A DNA stretch of 64,000 bases from Glycera tridactyla (GCA_965644265.1 OZ286472.1:45694001-45758000); one strand, 5' to 3'; numbered from the stretch's first letter, positions 37,701-52,249 are shown. The notes: a model not told the origin generated them from the sequence alone. Program-made: numbers and translations.

Positions 37701-39174
37701 NNNNNNNNNNNNNNNNNNNNNNNNNNNNNNNNNNNNNNNNNNNNNNNNNNNNNNNNNNNNNNNNNNNNNNNNNNNNNNNNNNNNNNNNNNNNNNNNNNNN
37801 NNNNNNNNNNNNNNNNNNNNNNNNNNNNNNNNNNNNNNNNNNNNNNNNNNNNNNNNNNNNNNNNNNNNNNNNNNNNNNNNNNNNNNNNNNNNNNNNNNNN
37901 NNNNNNNNNNNNNNNNNNNNNNNNNNNNNNNNNNNNNNNNNNNNNNNNNNNNNNNNNNNNNNNNNNNNNNNNNNNNNNNNNNNNNNNNNNNNNNNNNNNN
38001 NNNNNNNNNNNNNNNNNNNNNNNNNNNNNNNNNNATATGGAAGTGACCAAATTTCTTGAAATAAGCTCGTCAACGAGAGTCATCTCTGAAAAACTCTGAT
38101 GAATTGGCACTGCACTGCAAATGATAGGACCATGTTTCCCACCAATTGAGTTGGATTTTTTGAATAAATGATGTAAGAAGTGGAGCTACTACAATGACTC
38201 TCCAGAAACTGCTCATTCACGTGTTCAGGTGTGAGAGTGAAACAGGTCACCAGAAAGTATAACTTGAAGGGAAGTATCCTGTCGACTTGGGCAATCTAAA
38301 TATTAGTGATGTGCCGATGTTCGACTATAGTCGATGTCGTTTCGATAGCTCCCACAAATTAAACATTCGAATGTCAATCCAATGTTCGATTTATCTACAT
38401 CCCACCACACATGTTTATTTTGATAGTGGACCTTCCACATCTGACTACTCACTGCAGTTTAGCGCAGGTGAGAATCCCACCCCATCTGCCCGAAGGACAG
38501 CTAAAGAAAAAAGTTTATGTAAATCCCTGGTTGCAATCATAATTGATTAATTGATTGAGTCTGTTCATAGAAATAATCACAAAGTGTATCCAATTTTCGC
38601 ATGGTTACTCAGCATCCTGTTGACCGTGAACGTATGAAGGTCCGAAATATGGTAGAAATCAAACAATGTTTGAAGTTTGTTTGTTTTTGAAAATCAAACT
38701 TCAAACATGAAAAATAAATCAAATCCCAACACTACTAAATATTGTACCGAAGAATGGTGATTGATAGGTCTCCTGTGTCACTTATAGCCTGCCCTATGTC
38801 GGTACTGCTATGAAATACATCTCACTATCAAACTGCAGTTGGATCTATATGGATCCATATGATTTATGATGTTGTACGACTAGAATCACGATGTCCAATG
38901 GATCATCGCCAGATGACCTGAGGTATTTACATACAAATTACAATCAATTACACCATATATGGTGTGTTATCTGTGCTGTAAATCCGGGTATATCATGACA
39001 TACATACCACGGTCATCTGTAGCATTTATCGATGATTGTGCCCTCTCCAAACATAAACCTTTGGAAGATGTGTGGTGGGAGTAAGACCCAGATACGGTAA
39101 AAATGTGGCTTATGGTGTCTCCATATGGACTGACTGACTGAAATAGTATGCCCATGACTTCAGAAGGTTCTGAC

Positions 39175-39315
39175 CAGTCAGTCAGTCAGTCAGTCCACTC
39201 CAGTCAGTCAGTCAGTCAGTCAATCAGTCAGACAGTCAATCAGTCAGTCAGTAAGCCAGTCAGTCGGCCAGCAAGTCAGTCAGTCAGTCAGTCGGTCAGT
39301 TAGCCTGTCAGTCAA
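39175..39315. repeat. (CAGT)n tetranucleotide repeat
   Basis: Directly visible. Confidence 0.92.
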
Positions 39316-39487
39316 CTACTCATGCAAGCAACCATTGACTATCCATCTAACCAACCAAGCAACGCCATCAATTTGAGAGTTGTGGATTCATATTATAGGC
39401 TTCCTGAAGATGTCGTTTCAGCTCCGATTGGTCCTATTTGTCTCTCACATAAAGCAACAAGAGCGCCCACGTGCGCCGAGAGATCTC

Positions 39488-39519
<32 letters not shown>

Positions 39520-39562
39520 ACAAAGAGAGAGAGACAGGGAGAAAGAGACAGACAGGCAGACA
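39488..39562. repeat. (GA)n/(GACA)n microsatellite
   Basis: Directly visible. Confidence 0.92.
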
Positions 39563-40250
39563 GACTCTGCGTCACTATATTCGTCACTATATTGATACAC
39601 TGCCTCGCACACACTTGCCATTTGCGCGCAGCACATCCTCATCCGTGCTGTCGTGATTTGTGTGCTGCGGTAATCGGACACAAAAACGAGTGTATGGGGA
39701 CATGCCTATTACATAATCGCTACATCTTCTCAAATTGTCGTTAATCAGAGCAATAAATCATGTTAAAATTGTTTTAGATTAGATCAGTCATATCGTTCAC
39801 GCAGCCTCGACCAATATTCGGTTGATGATATCCGCCTCGAGTGTCAGAATCGGCGATATTAGTAGGCAGGTCGAGCAGAGAGGTGGTAGCATAGTGATTT
39901 CCAGCCCCTGGCGGAGATCTCAAAAATATCGATCACATCTGCTCTGACAAAATGAAAACATTCTCACTCGTGCATCTCTATATCACATGTGACCAGTAGA
40001 TCCCTAACCCAACCTATTGACAGCATCACCCAATCGTACCGTGCGGGCAATGGAGAAGCCCCCTCCCACCCCCACCCCCTCCTCGACAACAAAGGCCGAC
40101 TGCATTTCGCCGAAAACAGTCTTAGATAGCAAGAAGTCTATCAATCCTATCTCTCACTGACCTATCTGTTTAATTTCCTCACGCTTGCCTGATCACAGCC
40201 TGTGACGCACGTGATTGGTTCTTGTTTAGGACAATGTAGTCTTCCGCGGG

Positions 40251-40265
40251 TCAGCAGGGGGCGCA
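40251..40265 (+). promoter_or_regulatory. CTCF-type motif TCAGCAGGGGGCGCA
   Basis: Near-perfect match to the CTCF core CCAGCAGGGGGCGC. Confidence 0.5.
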
Positions 40266-40659
40266 AGAATATGACCAATTGGCGGAGGTAACAAGTCCGC
40301 AGTTGATTGTCGTCTCTCACGACAACCGAGGAGAAGCTATCAACGAGAATACAACAGTAATCATGACACCCTGGGTCTATTTCAAGTACACCCACTCACG
40401 TCAATGGTCTTATGATTACTCCATGTAATTGTCACCAAACTACCACTGGCGGAAAACATGCTGAGCTTTAGGTAGTCGTAAAACTGGCAAATAACTGCCC
40501 TCCGTCGGTATTCAACACACTTTAGGGACGTCCACAATACTATTTTGTGTGCGTCTGTATATGGTGGGAAGAACTTCAGAGTGCGAGTACGAACAAGCCT
40601 AATTAGTACTGGATGTGAGATTTCTATGGGGAAAATGTTGATCGTCCAGGACATTTACG

Positions 40660-40855
40660 TACGAAAATTGTACCTGACTCGGATTTGGCTTAGTGGGTGG
40701 TTTTGAGGTTTGTGTTCAACTCAATCATACGGTTTATCACTGTCGGGTCCCGTGAGGAGTCTTGAACGATCTCACCCTTGTCCATTGCCTGGGATCTCAA
40801 TGGTGCTAACGAGATGTAAAACAATCAACCAACCAATACTAAAGAATAAAATACT
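40660..40855 (+). mobile_element. SINE fragment
   Basis: gggtcccgtgaggagtcttgaacgatc...gtccattgcctggg...ggtgctaacgagatgtaaaacaatcaaccaacc. Confidence 0.55.
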
Positions 40856-43800
40856 TGTAATGATGTCCGGAGAAAGGCCGAGATTCCATTCGGACCTGTT
40901 GAGAATACTTTTAAATAGGAATTCGCCTGGAAAACTGGGAACTTTCACCCAGGGTCTGTACTCCGAGTCTGTCGCAGTGATGCGGACCCAGAGAGGTCCC
41001 ATCTCGGGACGTTCCACCATATGAATGCTAATATAAACAGGACTGGGATAAGGAATGTATCGGATATGAAGAAGTAGCAAGGCGGAATGATAATTGTGTA
41101 TACATCACCAGTGTATATGTTAGGGGAGAGAATTCTGCANNNNNNNNNNNNNNNNNNNNNNNNNNNNNNNNNNNNNNNNNNNNNNNNNNNNNNNNNNNNN
41201 NNNNNNNNNNNNNNNNNNNNNNNNNNNNNNNNNNNNNNNNNNNNNNNNNNNNNNNNNNNNNNNNNNNNNNNNGTATTTATCTGCTTACATGCACGTGTGT
41301 ATATGTATATATGTGTTCGAGCGTGTGTGCGCGCGTATTTGTCTGTGTGTGTGTGTGTGTTTGCAAGAATTCCTCTACTACATTAATATGGAATTTTAGG
41401 AATGCCCACAAATACGAACTATAGCGGCAGCCATGCATCTAGCACCAATTTTTGCCAGCTGAGTGTGTATTACACAGTTAGTATTTCGTGACAAGGGGTT
41501 ATCAATCACGACAGTTTGGCGAACTACTAGTTAGGATTTGATTCTGTGTTGACGTTAGGCGATTGTATTTAACGAGCACTAGTGACATGTCTGGCCCAAG
41601 GAAAAATCAACAATACTATAATCATCAGCATTACTTGAAACTACTGTTATCTTGGCAGTGTGTGCATGTACCTGTATATATGTGCGTTCGTGCGTGCATG
41701 TGTGTGTCCGTGTCTATTGCGCACCCGTATGGATCTCGACGTATCTACTCTACGCAACAGAACTGGCAGATAGACAAGCGCCAGACAGTAAATTGTATCA
41801 GTGATCAGGAATGCATCCAGTATTTCTAGAATTGGGGCGGGTGCCCCCTAAAGTTAGAGAAAAAGGGGACTTTCATCACATAATTGTTCAAAATGGGTTC
41901 ACCCAATATGAAGTATATGCAACCCTCTAGATGAGTTAGGGGGGCATTGCATAGTCTCCGTGCTATATCATCTATCCCCGCCTCAAGAACTATTCTGACC
42001 GAGAATCTGATTTCTAAATTAATTGCTCATCTATCAGTAAACAATCTGTAGAGCCACAAAGGACTACTATTTCATGGGCATCACGGGGATTCTCTATTGG
42101 CTAAGAGCCGACTGACAACTGGCCAAACCAATGATTCTCCTTCAGGCTGTCCATTGATCTGTCTATCTTTCTAATTCTCCACGTACCTCGCAAACAGGCA
42201 AGTAGCGTGTCTGTATATCACCATGTGTCTGGGATTTCGTGGGTGAGGTATATTGTACTCCCCAATTTGTCTGGAACCTTCTCGCATCACACTGAGAAAC
42301 CATATATACCGCATTACCTGGAGCCCATTCAATGGATTTTTTTCCCACTCGTGTTTACATAACCATTATCACCACTATGCTGAATTTCGCAGGCTGTAAT
42401 AACACCATGGTTTATGGCCATATCAATCTTTCCCTCATAAACCTGACAATATTGCCATGTTGTAAATGGTGGAGCGCCACACAATCACGTCCATGTGAAT
42501 ACTCGGTGATGCAAGAACCTAATAGACCTGTTCAAATATATGAGGTCCTCTCTTTACCAACATTTTCCTACTTGATTCGTACTTTTTGTGTTTTAGTGTG
42601 GTGAATTTTAGCAAATGACAGCTATTGAAATGATTCTATAATTTGTCAAAAAGAACCGTGATGAATCGGGGTAATATACGTAGACGCATCTTCACGGACA
42701 CGCAATGGTGGAATTGTTTTTACTTGGATACTCCCATTGAGCAGGGGCATATGAGACTCAACGATTATTCACTGAACACAGCGAAACAGGCGGCCAGGGA
42801 GAAACCAAGGAAATTGGGCGACATTACTTGCCCGTTGCATTGGTGTCACAATTTAGTAACGACAAATCATTCAACAGGGGCAATCATGTATTTTCATCAT
42901 TTTGATTCTGAATTGAATAATATATTTATTTCTCAATAACGAGAAGCTTGAAAGAACAATGCATAAAGAGGGGAGGGAATCCACGGGAGACCGGTGATGA
43001 TGACATGATGGAGATAGACATCATTGCAATCAGAATTTGGCGAATGTTTTCATTGAGAAAAAACATCGCATTTAGTGGTTGGGTAAGCTGTCAGTGTGTT
43101 AGTAGAGATGACAGCCACAGATAGACAACAATACCATTTACTCATCTTTCCATGCCAGATCTTATCTTGCCGATGGAATACACCCCGTTACGATTTATCA
43201 CCCCACGAAATACCCCTTCCCGAATCTCGAAGCCCTTGTCATCAATTGAATTTGATCATAGAAATTATTTTAGCAGAAAGTTATCAAAAAGGTGGCAGTA
43301 AATAATTCTCAATACCAACCCCACTCTCTTACAATGGTGTGGATTATATTGGCACTTATTTGATTCGTCAACACATGGACTAAGATAATCACCGTGCTAT
43401 ACGGTCGAAAAACGCGAATAGATACATCAGAGATAATACCAATGTGGGGGTGAACTTCTTCGCAGTAGAATGGCGAAGATATAACTTTTTTATTTTGCGA
43501 AACAGTTCAGTTATTGTCAGCGAGCGAACGCCCAGTTTGAAATAAGAAATAGGGTGTCAAAAGCCCGCCAATGCACGACAAAAGGTATCTTAGTGTGATG
43601 AAAATATATCAACATCACCACCCTGGCATCCTTGCACCCGGTGATATTATTTTAGTCACCCTGATCGCATCACGTAGAGCCAGCCATATATGCATTGTCT
43701 ATCTCAGCCCAATATTCTATTGTAATCGCGATTTAGGTACACCTGATGATCAAATATTCCGGGAAATTATAGTTATGACACAGGTCAGTTTGAAATTCCC

Positions 43801-43908
43801 ATGATGAGATACAAGTGCCTGTATCCTCGGGAGCAGGCCATATATATGTAGGTTTCATGTCAAATGAAGTTGTCATGCTTGTCTGTAGATTTATATTGAT
43901 ATTCTACT

Positions 43909-44240
43909 GTGGATGGGCGAGGAGAAGGGGTGTGGGGAGTAGAGGGGCAATGTGGGGGAGCAGGAGGAGGAGGGGATGGATGGGGCTGAGGAGGTGAGTA
44001 ATGGTGGGAAAAGAGGAGGATAAGGGCGAGGGGGAGGAAGAGGGGAGGAAGCGGGCAGAGAAGGAGGGGGAAGATGAGAAGGAGGGGGACGGGGAATAGA
44101 GTGGGTGAGGAGGAGGTGAATGGTGGGAGAATAGAAGGAAGAGGTGTACCGGGGGGAGAATAGAAGAGGAGGAGGAGGGGCAGGGCAGGAGGAGGAGGAG
44201 GAGGAGGAAGAGGAGGAGAAGGAGGTAAGTTGAGAGGCGA
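43909..44240. repeat. ~330-bp polypurine (GGA/GA-rich) tract
   Basis: Almost exclusively G/A on the + strand, with many GGG runs. Confidence 0.9.
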
Positions 44241-44716
44241 CATAAGGCATATTAGCATTATGAGAGTCTTACGACAGAACGAGGGTTAGTGGGGAGACGA
44301 TTGTACACTCGAACTCCTAGGAGAGACTAATTCGGCCTGACGTGTCTTCAACAACAACACGCATTTCGGTGATCTGTTAAAACGTACTATNNNNNNNNNN
44401 NNNNNNNNNNNNNNNNNNNNNNNNNNNNNNNNNNNNNNNNNNNNNNNNNNNNNNNNNNNNNNNNNNNNNNNNNNNNNNNNNNNNNNNNNNNNNNNNNNNN
44501 NNNNNNNNNNNNNNNNNNNNNNNNNNNNNNNNNCATCAGAACACTAACCCAAATCGAGAATGTGTGCCCAGCAATGAAAGCTGCTTCATTGGCTTCCATA
44601 TCCGATTATCGGCGACTGGGATAGATACCTTTGTTGCCACTGAGGTGGACAGTCGTACCCGCCCTGTCCTTTCTCAAGATTAAGTAACATTGGGTGCGTA
44701 TATCCCCGTGATATAT

Positions 44717-45010
44717 GAGTACATGATGAACCTCATGAACTACATGTGTGAAAAGAAATGATACCTTGAGTATAGAAATTTTAATATCTTAAGTACGTAG
44801 TGAGCCTCATGAACGACATGTCTGAGATGATACCTTGAGTACATAGTGAGGCTCATGAGCTACATGTCTGAGATGATACCTTCAGTACATAGTGAGCCTC
44901 ATGAACTACATGTCTGAGATGATACCTTGAGTATAGAGATTTTCATATCTTGAGCACATGGCGAGCCTCATCAAGTACATGTCTGAAATGATAGTTTGAG
45001 TATGGAGATC
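44717..45010. repeat. ~46-bp minisatellite (gagtacatagtgagcctcatgaactacatgtctgagatgatacctt) with longer variant units
   Basis: About five units; two carry an extra ~22-bp segment tagagattttcatatcttgag. Confidence 0.85.
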
Positions 45011-46042
45011 TTTGTATCATCTTACCCTTCGTGGGTTGTCCAGAAGAGGGAATCTCAGGCAATCCCTTCTCATGTCATTGATTGATTGATTGAATTGAGC
45101 TTAGTAAGCACCAACAGAACAGATTAAGTATACCATGTGCACCTGATCCATGAAAGCTGGATGTTCAGCATCCCACAGGCGTCATCATCACCAGACATAG
45201 CCCCTACAAGAAATGGTGGCAAACCGGATAGGTGATTGACTGCTACACACGTTACAAATAACTTATAAACCTTTTGATGGAAAATATTACTCTGTTAGTT
45301 TGGCTGGTATGATGATGAACCAAAACTGACCAACATCCCTTGTGGAGTATAATCATGGGAACTACCTCTACGGGTGATAGAGGGCACATCTTAGGTGGAC
45401 GATTCAGACAGAGGAGCTCTCTGGCAATGATAGTAACAATAATCGAAGGCAACAGTAGTGCGACTGTACTACCAAGCAAACAATGTTTATGTATATTCGA
45501 GCCTAGCCTGTGTTAAGTACCTAGACCATGTAAACAAATACATAAACACATCTGATCATCTCCTACTCTCATCGCCGAAGAAAAATACGGTTTTTTTTCT
45601 AGTCGTCAAATAAACAGGAAGGTGGGCTGTGTTTAGTGTTGCTACTTGTGGCATGCAAACAACATAGCCACAATAATCTAAGTGGTATATATGTATATGG
45701 GTTGGTCACATCACATCTGTGCATTCACTAACCTCTCGTTGATTATCACTGAAATTCCCTACAGTCTGAAGTGAAAGAGTGGTATGTCTGGAGCGGTGGT
45801 CTCTTGATATGGTCTGTGTTCAATGCAGGCTCATCTTGGCTCAGAAATCCACCCGGTGATTACAGATGCGGCCAGGAGCACATTCGGCCTTCTTTTTTAT
45901 GTTACCTCGTCCAATGAATGACGGGTTTGCTCAGTTGGAAGATCCCAGATAATGCAATTAGGTCGTAGAAAAGCTGGATAAGACAATACAACATAAACAA
46001 ACTATATATCGATCAAATAAATAAATTTGCATTTTCGGTGTA

Positions 46043-47346
46043 GGGAGACAGTGACACGTTTCACAAACTGTTCTCCCTTGAAGTTGAGGGAGTTGATTGC
46101 ATTGCTATCCCGACTGACCCTNNNNNNNNNNNNNNNNNNNNNNNNNNNNNNNNNNNNNNNNNNNNNNNNNNNNNNNNNNNNNNNNNNNNNNNNNNNNNNN
46201 NNNNNNNNNNNNNNNNNNNNNNNNNNNNNNNNNNNNNNNNNNNNNNNNNNNNNNNNNNNNNNNNNNNNNNNNNNNNNNNNNNNNNNNNNNNNNNNNNNNN
46301 NNNNNNNNNNNGATATAAGCCAGGCTCATGTATTAGCATGATGGACTCGCACTAAATGTGCCATAAAGCAAGAGAATGACCAAGCGTTCTGGAATGTTTC
46401 AGGAGGTGGTAAACGTCGAAGATTGAATGAAGAACAACGCTGAGTGATATAACTCAGTTCACTGATCAATTTCCTCAACAAATGATCGATTCACCAACTG
46501 CCAATTTACACAATCCGATCACTAAGTTCGGAGTACACTCCATTGTCTTTCGCAAATCTGACAACCAGATTCCAGGTTTCACAATACTTATGCTTTCTAT
46601 TTCAGTCCATGACCATGTTATGTCAATAGATATAAATGTAAATTTTGGGTATAACAAGAGTAAGGTATAATTTCATCTGCGGCAAAGTCAATAATATCTG
46701 TGACTCAGTGGAATTTTCCTTTTTTGATGTCGGGAGACAGTGACACGTTTCACAAACTGTTTTTCTCCCTCGTATTTGGGGGAGTTAATTGCATTGCTAT
46801 CCCAACTGACCCTCCCCCTCCCNNNNNNNNNNNNNNNNNNNNNNNNNNNNNNNNNNNNNNNNNNNNNNNNNNNNNNNNNNNNNNNNNNNNNNNNNNNNNN
46901 NNNNNNNNNNNNNNNNNNNNNNNNNNNNNNNNNNNNNNNNNNNNNNNNNNNNTATAAGCCAGGCTCAAGTATTAGCATGATGGACTCGCACTGAATGTGC
47001 CATGAGGCAAGAGAATGACCAAGCGCTCTGGAATGTTTCATGTGGTGGTAAACGTCGAAGATTGAATGAAGAACAACGCTGAGTGATATAACTCAGTTCA
47101 CTGATCAATTTCCTCAACAAATGATCGATTCACCAACTGCCAATTTACACAATCTGATCACTAAGTTCGGAGTACACTCCATTGTCTTTCGCAAATCTGA
47201 CAACCAGATTCCAGGTTTCACAATACTTATGCTTTCTATTTCAGTCCATGACCATGTTATGTCAATAGATATAAATGTAAATTTTGGGTACAACAAGAGT
47301 AAGGTATAATTTCATCTGCTGCAAAGTCAAGAATATCTGTGACTCA
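46043..47346. repeat. Tandem duplication of a ~0.65-kb unit (46043-46707 and 46732-47346), each copy containing an N-gap
   Basis: Near-identical sequence from gggagacagtgacacg to tgtgactca, with scattered substitutions; gaps at 46122-46311 and 46823-46952. Confidence 0.92.
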
Positions 47347-50300
47347 AAAGGCTTCAGTATAGTATGTGTTGCAATCGTCACTTTACGTGGGATCAATTGC
47401 ATATCACCACAATGGATCCGTTCATAAGTACAGTCGAACGCGACCAAGCGCATCCCGTCCACTGAATTGAATGCACCCAGGTTCACCGCCTATATCCAGG
47501 CTACGAAATCGATGGCGTCTGAAGGTGTGAACACGACGCATTTTCCAGACAGAATGTTCGCACCTTGAAGGGGTAATATAACCCTTATTTTGTAACCGAT
47601 ATGAACTCCTAACCACTGTTCATACCATTAACCCTGGGGTGGGGTGCAGATCATGATGTGCACGTTTTCTCTATCACAGATACATTGCACTGACAATTTG
47701 CAACAGTGACAATGGGAATACTTTGGAAGGATTCAAATCCCTTGATGAGAGTGAAATGGGTTCCACCAATACGCATATCTAATCAATGCTCAATTCGCCC
47801 TACTTTCACAACCCAGGGCCATAGGTTACCCGAAAACGGTCAGTAGTTAGTCTGTCTACATAGAAAGTATCAGTCCACCTAATGACCAAGGGTCCAAACT
47901 CATGGTAGATTACGTCAATTGTCTTGGTGAGGTCTGTATTTGGCAAGGAAAGAGTGCGATGTTTCTTGTGGAACTAAACTCAAATACTTATAAAATGGAT
48001 GTCAGATAACTGGTGTGAGCTGCAGAAATATATACTCACTTGTTGGATAAGCTCTTTAAGAATAATGATGAGTCACCCACTTCAATTTATACTCGACAAT
48101 GGCGACTGGGAGCCAGCAATCCACCACTACAACTATACCTGTTATGAATGCCCCCACCATTGCTCATTGCATCTGCGTTCCATTGTAGATTCAATGGTGC
48201 TCTTGGACGGTTAACAATGAAATACTCAACCAACAACCCACCAATCAACCAGATTAATAAAGAACGAGAAAAAGAACTGAACTGAAGAAATATTGTGTGA
48301 AAATATCTTTTCAGCATCTAACTTTTTGCGTAGATCATGATATACTGAAGGTCGTGAGACACACTGCTACGAAGTCGATCTCTATGTTGGAATGAAAATA
48401 TAAGGCAGAAGTGTGTTCAATGCGCGCTGCCGGTATGAGCAGGCATTGAGAGTGGGACAAAAATCAATTTTGATCCGTGTTACAAGCTGCGTGTGAACTG
48501 TCATCTTGTGACGTCACCTTAGGATCACCAGAGCCGTTGACGACATGGAAGTACATGGAAGAGTCGTGTGGTAAATAAAGGAATCATAACTCCTCGAATA
48601 GTCAACTCTCATTCATGAAACTCGTCATATACATGTAAAAGAGAATAAGGAATGTATCAACTCTCTTGGATTTATGAGACAGCTTGTATTTGTGACACAA
48701 GAAGAGCACAAAGCTGACAGTTTCCGGAAGAAACTACACCATCGTGAAAAAAAGATTGCTGTGCATTTTCTCGCAAGTGGTGTCATGAAATCCGGATCAC
48801 AGATGTAGAACCTTGTTACCAATATGAATGATGATTTAGTTTAGTTTGGTTGTGGGTTGAAGGCATGTATCATTGCGGAGAATGATGATGCCGTGTCTTC
48901 CTGGTCAATGAAAGCTTGTATTCTTGATTCGCCTGCTGGTTGCAGGCTTCCTGCTCTGACGTCACATTGGCATCCTGGTGATGTAGCACAGAACGTCACT
49001 GTTGACTTCCAACCGGGATTTCAACATCGGACCTCCCACAATCGCCTCGTTTGAAAATGAGTTGTCGAATAAGGCGGTTGGCGAGAAATATATTACATGA
49101 AATTATCCTTAATTTATCATACCTGGCAGGTTATACATTACCAAGGCAGCCCGGTGATGACGGTTCTTCAGAGAACACGCATGCATCAAGCAGTGTACGA
49201 CACACGTAATAGCTCAATCAATTCCTAATACCCGCCTCTACCCTGCAATTAGCCATCTGCTAACAGCGATCCCCTGTTTATTTTGATAATACCAATTTGA
49301 AAATAACAGTGCTAATATTGTCCCAGAGCAATGAACCTGGTTTATTGTGAGTATATGGACACTTGGCATTTTAAAAGTGTGAATTGAGCATTCTACTCGC
49401 CATAATCGTACCTCAAGAGTCGACTCAGAGGTGGCAACCAACTATAGTTTTTATGGTGGTGTCATGTGCTGACTCGTGAGAATAAGTTACGTCCTATTGC
49501 CGAATTCTCAACCAATTAAGTCTCAAAGCAGCAATAGAGCAATCGCAATTCACTCATGGTTAGCCTTGCGTACAGTCATTCGAATATCTATGCCAGTAGG
49601 CTCCGCCTGTTGTTATATAAAAATCTGCAGCAATGCTCTGACCAGGAACAGGGACATTGCTATACCTGATACACCGGGTAGATATTGTGAAATTCTACTG
49701 GAAATGGCTCCTGAATATGCAGATCGGCGGTTTATCCAACTCCAAGAAATATAAAACACGACCTCATTCATTTCCCATTGAACGACCAATATAGACGATG
49801 TTGCCTTGAGCATCTCCTGGACTTCAGAAACTTACCCTAAGCTACCATATTATGTTCAGCCCGCCAAAATATTTTCACTTTACCCGTATTAGGTATGAAT
49901 AGATTATATGCATGGTCTCTCTGCAAATTCGAATATAGTCGTGTATTGTTTGATCCAATACTTGCAACCGTAGCAAAGTAGAATATATCACATGAACGGA
50001 GCAGCCTATTCAGAGCCCTTACTATTACATAGCATATAAACCCATTGCAAGTCGCACCATTCATTCGACAGAATAGAATATTTCTCACACTGCAGATCTC
50101 GTCTTGTCTAGTTCAATTGACAGTTTGTTTGTGACCCTCTGTGCTTGAACCCTCTCGCCATTTCGGAATCTTTAGAGTCAAACTTGTCCTATGCATGAAA
50201 CTATGGGAAGTGATGAAAACGTATGGTGAGAGCAAGGTCATGCCAAGTAATGGTCAGTCGAAGTGAGAATTACGGGGTGGGCAGAAACCATAGGAAGTTC

Positions 50301-52249
50301 TTGCTTGATATATAGAATAAGTGGAAATGTACTTGTTTTCAGTGACAGAATTGGGAGACTAAAAACTTTCCCATCTCCGACAATCTTTCTGAAAATACCC
50401 AAATGTATCCTCAGAATTCTCATCTGAAAAGCTGGTACCCCGTCCGGCATCCTCTCGATTTATCCTCGGTGACAACAGTCAAGAGAATAAGTACATTTCC
50501 TCAAAATTATCATCATTCTCCCCCCAATTCTGGCAGAAATCCACGGAAAGGACAAATAATCAGTTCACACGCTCAGTGTGCATGCTAATGTTATTTTGAA
50601 CAGCCAATAATCAGTTCCGCTCAGAATAGGAAACAGACGATTCCGCCTATTTTGCAGAGGAAAGTCATGGCTACATCTGGAAACTATTAGCAAGAAGTGC
50701 CGCATTTCATGGTTGAACGGGCGAAGCACGCCACACGCACGTCGTCCGAGGAAGTGCAACCGACGTCGGAATTTACCGGAATATCCGCGGAATCCGGAAA
50801 TCACCTCTCATCCGCCCCAATTAGGAGGGTGCCAGACGACGAAAGCACTGAAACGGCTACTCAAAAATACTCTGCTATGCCACTGATTTTGTTTTTATTC
50901 GTGAAAATCTTTCTGTTTATCCCTGATCAAACGTTCTTTATATTGAGAATGAAAGGTCTCGGCATACATACAGAGATTTCCACCAAAATATCCATCGTCC
51001 CTACGTCCGAATTGCACCATGAATGTCTCCGACTTTCTACCAATTTCGTCCTTCGCCAAGACTCAAGTAATTCCCCATTTCATGTACGTGAAATGGCGCG
51101 TTGAGAGCTCATGCGATTTTGAATATACAATAAACAACAAACCGTGGAATATTATATTCATGACGGATAATCTGATATAAAACATGCAATTGAGCACAGG
51201 AGTTTTCACTCTGTGAATATCGCAGGTGGATTTCCGCGGGATTTTGTCTTCTGGGTAAAATTTTACATTGTTATACATGATTTCCTACCCAGATAATCTA
51301 CATCGATTGCTTGTGGATGCTGGATTTCGAAAGCATACTTGCAAATGAAGCAGCTTTTGGGGAATTTGGGTCTCTGCGTCAGTAACTGCACTGACTCCAT
51401 GCAATGAAAGGAATATCGATGATTGGTCAGATGCACTTGTAGATTTCATATCCCATAAAATAATCAGACAATACTAACAATGGCAGCTGCTTTCTTAACT
51501 TCGACACTGTGGATGCAACTCACTTCATGTCACCAGATGGATAATTTCAAACAGGAGTGCAGAACCCTACACTTTCAGCAAGCATTGTGCGCTCATTGGG
51601 AATTTCTCCTGTCAGTGACAGCCAAGCGAATGACAAAGGTAGTGGATTCTCTCGATTGTCGAACTTGTAAGTTATATTGGTGGCGGATTGAACTATCTAT
51701 GTATCATCATATATGGATATTGCTCTATAGAAAAACAGCCTCTGGAGTATGCAGGTCTCATTTTCCAGGGCTAGCCTAATATTGATTAATTGGTGCAGGA
51801 ACCGCTTGCAAAATTCCCATCCTAGTACTTAACCTCCAGCATATGCATATTCACACGCTAATTCTAATACTCTTGATGCAAGGAGTTTGATTCAAAGAAG
51901 TAGCTGCTTTATCACCCGCGAATCGACTGGATGCAATGATTTTCTGGCCAGACGGATGGGTAACCCTGTCCACATCGACGACTGGCTCAGACAATCCCTT
52001 TTTTCATTTCACGAACTATGAGTACAGCTGCTGATTGATTAACTGATATGGATCGTCAAAAATACAGTTTGAATTCATGGAATAGTATGGCTCCGTTTCT
52101 TTAATTTAAATAATGTTGTTGAAACAAGAAAGGGACCGTTAGTGATTGTATCTTCGTGAAATTGAAGAGGTTATCCCCCTGGAATGGGAATTCCAGATTC
52201 TAGGAGATGACATGTCAAGGCATTCGACATGGAATGGATTTTAGCGGAA

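Noticed and set aside
36762-38110. Long ORFs in the supplied track that span X runs (also near 2.2-2.9, 19.6-20.0, 21.6-22.2, 35.7-36.3, 46-47, 53.5-54.1, 55.6-55.9, 56.7-57.1 and 61.7-62.6 kb)
   Set aside because: They are artefacts of translating assembly N-gaps.
43860-44258. Pro/Ser/Leu-rich ORFs here and at about 10.7, 14.5, 19.3, 39.3 and 57.1 kb
   Set aside because: They are stop-free only because of simple-repeat composition, with no splice or domain support.
50565-50710. MRHFLLIV...DYWL| as the Wnt11 first exon
   Set aside because: Weak donor (gttcaa), and the charged, non-hydrophobic stretch is unlike a signal peptide.
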